Shown here: positions 53,616-64,000 of the stretch, one piece after another
Position numbering within the stretch: position 1 is the first letter of the stretch
How the letters are laid out: every line of letters starts with the position of its first letter
Source of the DNA: Lama glama
Taxonomy: Eukaryota
DNA length: 64,000 nt
Assembly: GCA_028534125.1 (NCBI GenBank)
Contig: CM052817.1
Span: 21,578,001 to 21,642,000 of the forward strand
Direction of reading: 5' to 3'
Position numbers and translations under genes: made by a program
The notes under the pieces: generated by a model
What the model was told of the DNA's origin: nothing
Databases searched by the model: none
Seen by the model: only the letters and a program-made list of their open reading frames with translations

Positions 53616-54241
53616 AATATCAAAGAATAAGTCCTAGAGTCTTAAAGTCTTTATTTAGTCAGAATATGGGACACATTAAATGTTGAATATTGAGATGAAA
53701 CCATAAATACACATACATATACTTTATTATCATTTTCTTCATTATTTATAATTAGCTTTCATCAATTTTTAGCCACATGGTCAGGAAAATTTTACTCAAT
53801 ATTTCTACAAATTTGTTTTCTTATTTATTCAGAAGGGATTACAGTATTTTTCCTGTCTCTTATACTCAAAAGAGTTGATGTGGAAATTAAGTAAGATAAT
53901 GGTAGACTAACGCTAATGTGACTTATAGACCCAGATATCTAGATAAGGATAAAAATAGATAGATATACAAATATCCAATTTGGTATCTATTTACAGGATG
54001 ACATTTATTAAAATATTGCCAACAGGTCACTGTCTAGCTTTAGAGGAATCTTTTGTGCTTTTTGACCCAGGAGAGGGACTAGAGAAGAGACTAGATAGGA
54101 ATACCATTGGGGAAAAGGAATAGGAACGCTGGAGACAGTTTACAAAGGATTTTGAAGAGTGACCTTCAAAGAATGAGAAAATTTTTCAGGAAAGGAAAGG
54201 GAAGAATTTAAGAAGTCTTGGGTTATCATTAAAACAGTGAG

Positions 54242-54336
54242 GGAGGTAGAAATAGAGCTCAGTGGTAAAGCGCATGCACAAGGTCCTGGGTTCAATCCCC
54301 AGTACCTCCATAAAAAAACAAAACAAAACAAAAACA
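54242..54336 (+). mobile_element. tRNA-derived SINE (camelid Vic-1-like)
   Basis: A-box-like 'agctcagtggta', B box 'ggttcaatcc', ends agtacctcca plus (AAAAC)n tail; near-TSD aaaacagtgag/aaaacaatgag. Confidence 0.85.
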
Positions 54337-55186
54337 AAAACAATGAGCATGAAATAATGAAATGTTTTTCCAATTTGGAAAAACTCTTAAAGATTAGGTA
54401 TAAACATAAAAAGTTGACATGTGAAGTAAAAATTAAGAAGTCAGGGATTTGGAACAGTGAAAACATATACCTACCTAGGTAAAGGGTAATAATATATGAT
54501 ATTTTGTCCTAGTTGAGTACTTTTTTTTTTACATAAATTACAGTTAATCTTAAAACATTAAGTATATCTTTGTTTGTAAGACTGACTGGTGGGGAATGAA
54601 TTAAACTGTTAAGCTGTATTACACTAAAAAAAAAAGTCTTGGCTGTGATGTTTGCATGTCTTTAATGTTGTTCGAGAAATACAAGGAAAAACCCAATTAC
54701 ATGAACACTTTAATAATGGGAGATGGATTATCTTCCTTTGTTTATAACACGTTAATATTAAAACCTATCAGATAATATTATACCCACAACAAAACAGCAA
54801 AGTATTTAATAATATTTCTGTTTTTTGACAAGGCAATTGAGACTCTGAATATTTTCATAATAATTCTAAAGTTATTTGGCCAGTAAGAGGCATTGCAGCC
54901 CAAGCTTCTATATCTCTAAATATCCATTTCATTCACTACATAATGGCTTTTGTTTAAAAGATTTCATGAACTGCACAGTGTGTATGATACTATTTTCTTC
55001 AAGAAAACAATTAGAAGAACAAAATCAAATAGGATTTCTTCAGCAAGTCAAAATTGTTCCAAGATGCACTCTGTAATTCCTTTAACAATTAAAATAGTAG
55101 ATGAGGACACTGCAATTGGAAACTAATTGTGTGTTCCTCATAAATAAAGCATGTGTGGGGTGACCCTTTCATCACGCTTTTCTTAC

Positions 55187-55266
55187 CTGCTAAGGTAGCT
55201 GAGGATTGCTGCAGGAATTTAGAAGCCTCTGCCACCGAGTTAGGAAAAGGCAAAATGTCTTTAGTT
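55187..55266 (-). pseudogene. Candidate exon of a decayed minus-strand gene
   Basis: Acceptor pyrimidine tract ending ...ttaag|, strong donor CAG|gtaaga; open TKDILPFPNSVAEASKFLQQSSATLA. Confidence 0.4.
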
Positions 55267-55379
55267 CTTAAAAAAGGCAATACACATTGAGTGCAATGGT
55301 TTTGTTTAGGAATAGTTTTAGCTGTGAGTGGCAGACTCACAAGAGCTTAATAAAGATAGAATGATGTGACAATAACGCT

Positions 55380-55700
55380 ATTGTCTTGATAATGCTGTGA
55401 AACAAGCTATCCAGAAACTCAGTTGCTTAAAATTACCGTCATTTCTTTATTCACCAGCACATATCCATGCACCAGTAGGGGTCAGCCGATCTTCTATAGG
55501 CTTTGTTCCTTATGGAAAATGGGGTCCATTTCTGCCCCATGCACCTTTCATTCTCCTTGGATCAGTGAATAAGACGATTGTGGTGATCACAAATGGGTAA
55601 GGTACCAAGTCCACCCAGGCAAGCACATTTCCAGAGTCTGCTTGAATAAGGTCCAACCAAATCTTCTTGGTCAGAGCACAGTCACATGGTTTCTCTTCAA
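55380..55700 (-). mobile_element. Old MaLR LTR fragment
   Basis: 'atgctgtgaaacaagctatccagaaactcagttgcttaaaa...ttggtcagagcacagtcacatgg'. Confidence 0.6.
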
Positions 55701-58439
55701 AAGAAGTTTGGTTAAGATATTCTGGCTAGTCAAGTACCTGGCTAAATACTGCTGGTCCTTTTTGCAAGGAAGAAGAAGACCTGAGTATTAGGAACAATCA
55801 GCAGTCAACACGACAACGTCTGACGGAAGTCTTTATCACAGAATCTCTGACAAATACATAAGTTAAAATCATGTCATGTCTGAACCAGCAAAAATAATTT
55901 ACTGATGATGAGATATAAGTTATATTTTCTTCCTTAAGGGATGAAGAATGTTTTGATATTTGGAGTAGAGACTGGGGAAATGCAAATTCTTGCTGTCTGT
56001 GGGTGAAATAAGAAAACTCATAGGAGGATTATGTCTTAAAGAGGATAGTGAGATCTTGATTTACCCTTTTAGAAAGTGTGTGTGTGTGGGTTTGTGTGGG
56101 TGTGTGTATGTTTATCCAGGCTGTAATATTTTCCTAAATGCTCTGTACATCTTAGGTATCTTCCTATTCATCTAATTATAAAAATAGATGAATCTGCTCT
56201 TAACTGGTAACAAAGATTATTTCCACAGTAGTTCTGAGAGCTCAAGTTGCCTTCACTGCACAGCCCCAGATTTTACCACTCAGTTCTCTGCCTCTGGAGT
56301 TTCTAGTCACATGTCATAAAAAGTGAGTGGGACCTCGGGACTTGCACAACGCAGTGATCCTAATATTACAACAGCAAATTCTTATTAAGAACACTATTGT
56401 AGAAATGATATTTGTTCACGATTGTAAGATGGATCTGTAGTCCATCCATTCTAAATTTTAGCCTTGGGTTATTCCAGACTATCAAAGACAATATTGTTTT
56501 GCCTCAAAATACAATTAAAAAAAATTTTTGTGTTAAATATCAATGTATATTGAATAAAATAGATTCTCTATAAAATGTATGACAGAGGTGTCTGATTATT
56601 CCTTTATGAGATCCATCTTTTCCCCTACTGACAATTAACATGCAGGACTCAATAACTTCTTCCATTCCCAAAAAAGACCACTTTTTCTCTCTCTTTCTCT
56701 CTCTCCCTTCTCTCATGCACACACCGTATCACCATATTGTTTCTCTGAGAGATGATACAGCTTTACATCTTACAACCACTAGGGAAAAATATGTTTCTAT
56801 TATAATGCTTTTCTGCACATCTTTTCTCAGCTCTGCTAGTAAACAAGAGTTCCTTGCCTTTGACCTCCCTAGCTCAGGAGGTGAGACTTCTCTGTTATCT
56901 GTTTTTCCCTACCTCTTTCTTCTGTATTCCCTTGATGAAGGAGTCAGGAGAGGGCCTGGCGGGCACTGCACTTCTTATTCAACCCTTCCAAATACAAATC
57001 TGCTGTTTGAAAAGGAAAAGGTAGGAAGATTTGCATTCTGGAGAGGCTGGAGATGTGTTACAAATATTAAATTATGTGGTCTGTTTTCACTACTACACTT
57101 GTCATATATTCATGATGCAGTGTGGCTGAAGCTTCGTGGAGACAGTCCTTTTTGATGAGAATCTATTTGAAAACATTTTCTCAAGTCTCATTACTGGAAC
57201 ACATCCCCTGAACCACTGGTTAGTTTTAATCCAATCACATATTAATCTTGTACATATCTATGTTTTCTCTTTTCATGGACTCCTAGAAAACAGAGAGGCA
57301 AAAATATACTCCATCTTTAGGAAACATTATTCCATTTCTTCTGACAGGATAACACTGGTTAAGCCAAAAATGCATCTTACAAAGCATTTCAAATACTTCT
57401 TTTTTGTGTTTCCTTTTGTTTCCTTTCCTCTTTACTTTTTCCTTCCTTCCTTCTTCCCAATGATATGATCTGAAACTTACTGGAATTTTCTTAGGAAAAA
57501 AAATGAGATGATTAATACTAATACATTAATCACATAGCTAAATGCTTTATTGGATGGCCTTATTTAATTATCCCAAAACCTAGTGAAGAATGTTTAATAT
57601 TTTTTTCCACTTTGCCAATGAAGAAAGGGGACTCTGAAACATTAGATAACTTGTTGGAAGTTTGAGTTCGCATAAGGTGGAGTTGACTGTGCTATCGTGG
57701 ACCATGTGCACCTAAGTTCAAGTTCTTAACCATTATACTCCTCTTGTCTATCAGCACTTTGATTAACAAAGATTAAGTTTGTAAAAGAAACTTCAAATTA
57801 TTTTTATATTATTTTATAAAGTATAGGGATGAGAAAATACTACAATAGGAGTGCTGCTGATGAACATGATCCTTTTTACCCTTGTATGGGGAGGCAGCAG
57901 GGAAACAAAAACAAAAGACGTCTTTCTCCTCCACCAATAATCAATACCTGTGGTGATGTCTAGTCTACATGTATTATGTAAGGTTCACGACATATATAAA
58001 ACACTTCCTCTTTGAACTGGGTTCTTTGTTACTGAGAACAGGACACAGTTATCATGGACGACACGGAAGACTTACACAAAGGTGATTTTTTCCATTCTTT
58101 CACTTTTAGGTACATTTTAGAACTTAACTTCAGGAGAAAGCTGATAAATTGTATGTGAAGGGGAGTATTTCATACCTCTCGGGAAAACACTTCGATCTAT
58201 CACAAGCACACTCAAACTTTGTATATTATCTGCCAAATAAAGAAACAAAAAGTAGTTACCTCTGCCACATAAGTCTGACACATTTTCAGAAAACACTGTA
58301 TCAGTTCTAAATATTATATTCAGAAGACAAATACAGCTGAGGAAAGAGCAGAATATCTATGGTTAGCAAACAGGAACTGCTACTGTGCTCCCCCAACATA
58401 CAGAATGTTCTCACTCGTATGCAGTGGTATGAGAAGAAC

Positions 58440-58940
58440 AAAGACATTCTGGGTTTTAATGGCAGACATTTCTAATTATGCACCCCACACCCGTATCCCC
58501 TTCCCCCTTGCTAAAGGCAAAAAATTCATTTTGTTTTAGTCAGAAGAGTGTCCTATTAACTTTTACCTTCCCTAAATCATTTGCAAATAGAACTGATGAT
58601 GTGACCCAGTTCCTGTGAATGAGACACCAGCAAAAGTGAAGGGACTGGGACAGGGGCTTCTGAGAAACCTGAACAGAATGTGCCCTACGTATTTCTATTC
58701 TATTCATATTTAGAATTTGGAGTCAGTGCCTGGTGGTAGATCAAACTGTAAATAATGAGAACTAAATTTTAGTAGAGAAGGGAGCTAAGTGGAACTTGGT
58801 TTCTCAAAGAGTTGTTCGATCAACTGAACCTTATCTCAGCTAGGCCCTCTAGATATCATGTTTATGAGTAAAACAAACTTCTAATTAACATCCGTATTAT
58901 ATTTCTTTACATGCTTCCAAAGGCATGCTTAACTAATACT
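58440..58940 (+). mobile_element. Old MaLR/ERVL LTR (MLT1K/L-like)
   Basis: 'atgtgacccagttcctgtgaatgagacaccagcaaaagt...gcttctgagaaa...cttaactaatac'. Confidence 0.55.
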
Positions 58941-60279
58941 GTTCTTCATCCAGTCAAATGTAGTCCATGTGAAGCACTGCTTTCTGCTTTGAGAGTAAGT
59001 TCAACTTCTCTTTGTTGATGAGAATATTTCTTATTTTTAAGAAACAGAATAGATGATAGTTTTTTGATTATTTATTTGCCCTTTACTGCTCTAAAGTGGA
59101 AACTGCTACACTGAAATGACAGTTATTCTGAGATTTTAAATATATTTCATTGAAATAGACAACTCTGGAACCACTAGGCTAAGTTTCCTGGTTTTCCACT
59201 TGTCACCTCAGTCATCTTTGGCAAGTCAATTGACTTCAATTCTCAAGAGTAAAAGGCATATAATATTTACTCAACTCACACATTTACTTGAAGATAAAGT
59301 GAGGTAGAGCATTTTATAGTTCATTAAGCACTGTGGAAGTTTTCATGGTTATTACTAATAAAATGTATGTCATGGCAATCACATTCTATTCTAAATCTGG
59401 GCCTGAATGAAATAAATGCCAGTAAAATGAGATTTCAGTGTATATCATAATTATACTACAATCATATTTCCTAATTCTGTATTAGAAATTGTCAGCATGA
59501 AGGTAACTAGCTCAGTGTTTCCCTTTGCATGGTCAGAATGGTCATCGTTGTGAGGAAGGAAAAACGGATATCTGTGCACATAAATTCCATAATACGTAGG
59601 CAAGTAGCTTAAGCCAAAATGTGCTAGAAACAATGCAGTATCTCCTTGCTTAATACTCCTAGTTAGAAGTCCTGCATGTGGTCATCTGATGTGTCTACAT
59701 ATCTCAGAAGACTATTAACAGATCTGGCCTCATGTAATCTGCAATTACACGAGCAAGTTAGTTAAAGATTATAAATAAAAAAAATGTAGCAACTGATTAA
59801 TTAACAGGGATACTATTTTATACATTTACTAACCTTTAAATTAGTTGCCTTAGCAACCTATATCCTTAACTTACTGTGTGACTATCATTCTAAACATCCC
59901 TGAATTTCTTCTTCAGAAACTCCTTTACAATTTTGGTAAAGCCATCATCCTTTTGCATATATTTTACTTCTTTCAGTGGTCTTTGAGAGATGCTAAGTAA
60001 ACTCTTTTTGCAGGTGCAGAGGAACATTTGTATGAAATAAAAGAAAAAACTTCAAGCATTCAAATAGATTTTATATTTTTTTCTAGTAAACTTTGGTTAG
60101 TGATTCACATATTTTGTTTCACTTTTAACATTGTAGAGCTGCACTTATAATTACACAAATGCTGTTTAAATTCAATACAAAGAAGTAGATGCCAGCCAAA
60201 AAAAGTGAAAATGTTAAGCAGCCACACAACTGTTTAAACCAGCAGATCTTTCTGGATTCTCTGGTGCTTAAGTTCAGAC

Positions 60280-60450
60280 TCCGTAGTGGACGTACTAGTT
60301 CAAATCCCTGCTCTGCCACATATTAGCCTGTGACCTTGGGCTCATTTTTCTTAGAGAATGAATGTTAATATTAAATGAGTTAATTAATGTAAAGCACTTA
60401 CTACTGTACGTGGTAAAGTTTGAACTTACTGAATTAGTTGTCATTACTAC
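60280..60450 (+). mobile_element. MIR SINE
   Basis: 'gttcaaatccctgctctgccacatattagcctgtgaccttggg...aatgtaaagcactta'. Confidence 0.8.
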
Positions 60451-62039
60451 TGCTATAGTCATTACTTAAAAAAAAAGGTTGGTTGGAATTTATCTTTAAA
60501 AATTTAAAGACTTCATAGACTTCCTCCTTAATTGCCTCTATCTGCAACTACTGAAAGAATCAATCGGAGAGGATTCTAGAAGTACAACATAAAGCTATTG
60601 TCATATTCTTAACACTCACTTTATAATGCAGGAATCTTGAAAAATTATGGTGAGTTACTATTGCTTTTCTCCCCAGTTTCACTTAAAAAAATTGAAACAT
60701 AACTGTCCTGTTTGTTAGCATTTGCTTAATCAATCAGTTTTTGGTGTTGCTGACATATAGACATAACCTAAGTGGCTGCTATCACATCAGAATCACATTT
60801 GCTGTAGTAGCTGTGAAGTGTGGAGAAGCTATTCAGAACCTCAAGTTGTTGTGTTCATAAAATTGTTGGATATATTGTCTCTTTTCCTAAAGTAATTATC
60901 TCCCATGATATGTGATCTTCCGTGAGTGTTCCCTCTTTTAAAAAAGGATGAATCTATAATTAATCATATGCTTTAAAATTGATATATATTCTTCCTTCCC
61001 TTGCAAAAAAAAAGATAATATTGCAAGTTCAGAAATCAAAAACATACTATTGTCAGTGAAACTGAAAAATTAAACTTAGAGTTGACTATATCAAGACACT
61101 ATGATAAAAATGAGTTAGAGTCTTAATTCAAAGAGTGTATTTAACACATTTGTTTAAGAATGTGTTCTGAATTCACCTTTTTTTCTCATCCCACGCTGTT
61201 TAGTTCATAGTTTTATTAAATGCACATTAAAATTGTTATTAATTCTCAAGTCCCCTGTGCCTCTCTCTAAGATAAGTAATTTGTGTCACAGACGGTTTAT
61301 TATTGAATTCTCATTTATATTAAAAACAGATTCCAACTCTAACATTTTAATTACAGTTCAATATCAGACAAAATCTCTCTTTTCCATTATCCTTTTTATT
61401 AGCATAATAAATTGTTCTGATGGTGCTGAACAATCAGCAAAACAAAAAAGGCAATGTGTTCTCAATAACATGGACTATGATCTATTTCTTCTGTGAAATA
61501 TACAGTCAGAATTATTAATTATTTATTGAAATATTATCATACTTCAAGGTCATTATCATGCTGTCTCTACAGTATCACCGTGCAAATGTGGATATCATAA
61601 TCTCTCAAATTTAGAATACTGGATAGAATGCCAGTTGATGACAAAACACCTATTAAGAATTAGTTTCAGAACTATTACCTGATAACAAATGGATTAAAAA
61701 AAAAACAGATCTCTTTATTAAAACACAAGTATTGGGGTAAAAAAGTAGTCTGGAATTTAGGGCTAGTAAAAAGCCAAAATATATATACATACTATATATT
61801 GATAACTATAATTACAAATCTTTTGTTTTACTATTTACTCTGTTATTAATACTAATATGTTTCTACTAGCTTTATGAAATATACAAAGTCATAGTAAAGA
61901 TGAGACAGTAGTGACAGCTTCATTTTGGTTAACAACTTTCTTTAGTTCAGCATTAACAATGTAAATACATTTGAATGTGCAGTAATATTTCCTGCCTTAG
62001 AAAATGTGGCAGATCTACCATCCTCTTACATGATTTTGC

Positions 62040-62480
62040 TACAATATGTGATTGTCACTCCTCCCAGAGAGGTGTTTAGGTGCCTGTACTTGAATCTGGG
62101 TGGAGCTGTGAACACTGTGGATAGACATTATGTGATTTCTGAGGTTCAGTTATGATAGCTGATAAAGCTTCTGCTTGCTCATGGAACCAGCCATGCTGCG
62201 AGAAAGCCCAGGACACATGGAAAGTCTCTGTCTAGGTTTCCAGGATGACTGGCCCAGATGAGTTCCAAGACTACAGCCAGCATTAATAAACCTGTAGACA
62301 TGAGAGTGGAAATTTTCAAACAGACCCAGTTCCATCTACTGTCTGACTGCAACTGGGTGAGTGAGTTTGAGCAAGGATCACTTAACCAACCCTCAGAACT
62401 TTTAGAGATGTTAATGGTTCTTTTTGTTTTAAGCCACCAAGTTTTAGGGGGATTTATTGCATAACAATAGATAATTACAA
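62040..62480 (+). mobile_element. MaLR LTR (MLT1G/H-like)
   Basis: 'gtgatttctgaggttcagttat...gccatgctgcgagaaagccca...gtctgactgcaact...ttttaagccaccaagttttagggg...aatagataattaca'. Confidence 0.8.
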
Positions 62481-62859
62481 TGTGGTAATAATGGCTTTAT
62501 TACTAAATGTAGTCATTTCACCTTGACATCTTCTACTTGATTGTGCTCGGTTTAACTTCCTTAAATATAAGACTTTTCTTATTTAAATTTAGGGAAAATA
62601 TGATGCAACATTTATTAAATCACTTATACAGCACTGCCAGATACAACCTCTCAAAATTCCATAATAAAATAAAATATTTAAAAAACAATTTGAAAACTTA
62701 AAACATCAGAGCTACTAAATATATAAGTCATCCTAATGTTATAATCTGATAAGAAACTCTTCTCACTATAACACCAGTGGAGATCACTTGAGATATCAAT
62801 CAATATCTCGTGTGAACTATGTTAAGGAGGCAAAATAAACCAATAAAACTGAAAAAAAA

Positions 62860-64000
62860 ATAAACAGATGTTTATGATCTATTCCACTCCTTTATCCTTC
62901 CTCAGAGAATCCTTTTCATTTTGGACTTTTAGCTTGCATTCAGATAAACCCACTGTGTCAATATCATGATTAATATGTCTATGTAGTTGTATGGTCAAGC
63001 CACCCAAGATGGCTGTTCTCTTGCTCTCTGGACATCCTCTGCTTGACCAGTTCCTGCTTCACCTGCACTTGATTCACATGACTGACCTTCCCTCTTAATC
63101 ATAGAGCCTAATCTATAAATGCCTATGAACTTGTCCTGGCCCTCGCTAGTGATTGTTCTAACCTTCTGATCAGAACACCTCCATCATGATAGCTTATCAA
63201 AAGAGTAGTGGAAGGCCTGCTCCTCTGCTGGTTTCCCTACTAACTGATGAGCCAACCTGAGGTCAATTCCTTCTATAACTGGTAACCTTCCTCTCCCCTT
63301 GGGAGCTAAGACTGCTGCCATGTCCTGCCCGCTGTCTGCTGCACATGCTGGGGTGTCGCTCCAGGACTTTGCTTCAGACCTGTAAGATGCCCCCGTTCAT
63401 GAAGTCATTGGTGACTCTGTCACTGACTCTGGGCTCTTTCTTTGGTCTTGAGGCTGGGCAAGTACAGGGCTTGGAGGTCTCTGGGGTGCAGCCCAACAGT
63501 AGTTTATTCCTGTGATTTGTATAATAGTAGTTTGTTTTTCCATTGCTGTTTGCTATTTTATTATAAAGATGTATTTATTATAATTGGACATTTGTGTTCT
63601 TTCCAGGTTGGATCTTCCATGAATATTATTTCTATAACATTCCTTTAATGTCTTTTAGTACACTTATAAGTATATGCCAATAAATGGATTACTATGTCAT
63701 ATTTTTACTTTGCTAAGTGAAACTCAGCAAAGCTGTTGTAAAATTTAGTATTTCTGCTTGCAGAGTTTGAGAGTTTCAGTTGCTCCAAGTCCTTGACAAT
63801 ATATATTATCAGTTCTTTTAATTTTAGTCATTCTGGTAGTTATACCTGATTCAACATTTAATTCCCCTGATGGCTAACATTTGTTTTTGTAAAGCCCATT
63901 TTTAATATGGTATATATTTTTAATTAGGCCTTTTGTATTTTCTTATTGATTTTTTAATTGAGTTTGTTAACACACTGTACATGTGTCTTGTATCTGCTAT
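62860..64000 (-). mobile_element. Ancient L1 (L1ME-like) 3' region, interrupted by a solo LTR
   Basis: 'ttggacatttgtgttctttccagg...gagagtttcagttgctccaagtccttgacaat...ttttagtcattctggtag...tcccctgatggctaa'. Confidence 0.7.
62988..63498 (+). mobile_element. Intact solo LTR, 511 bp (class III/ERVL-type by TSD length)
   Basis: TG...CA termini with a perfect 5-bp TSD GTAGT (62983-62987 and 63499-63503); GC-richer than flanks. Orientation is tentative. Confidence 0.85.

Noticed and set aside
54242..54310. tRNA gene
   Set aside because: Has A/B boxes but no complete cloverleaf; the A-rich tail and TSD mark it as a SINE
56640..57468. 171-aa and 110-aa plus-strand ORFs as genes
   Set aside because: Leu/Phe/Ser-biased low-complexity products with no recognisable domain or gene context
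1..64000. A novel multi-gene biological system (operon or defence-type)
   Set aside because: No intact CDS, operon structure or array is present; the window is repeat-rich mammalian DNA and the evidence does not support such a claim

Overview
This is mammalian (eutherian) genomic DNA, not prokaryotic: AT-rich, CpG-poor and largely made of recognisable interspersed repeats. A Vic-1-like tRNA-derived SINE (about 54242-54336) and the style of the L1 3' ends point to a camelid (inference from remembered consensus sequences). I can support no intact protein-coding gene, RNA gene or CRISPR array. Repeats include L1 (a young but disabled copy spanning a 500-N gap), L2, L3/CR1, MIR, MaLR/ERVL LTRs, hAT MITEs and a decayed ERVL provirus with recognisable RT, RNase H and integrase. 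The most interesting signal lies in the repeat-free islands. They hold a series of minus-strand segments bounded by splice-like signals, several phase-compatible with their neighbours but carrying in-frame stops. This suggests a decayed multi-exon gene (possible unitary pseudogene or lncRNA) that I cannot name. Subfamily names and most repeat boundaries were judged by eye and are approximate.
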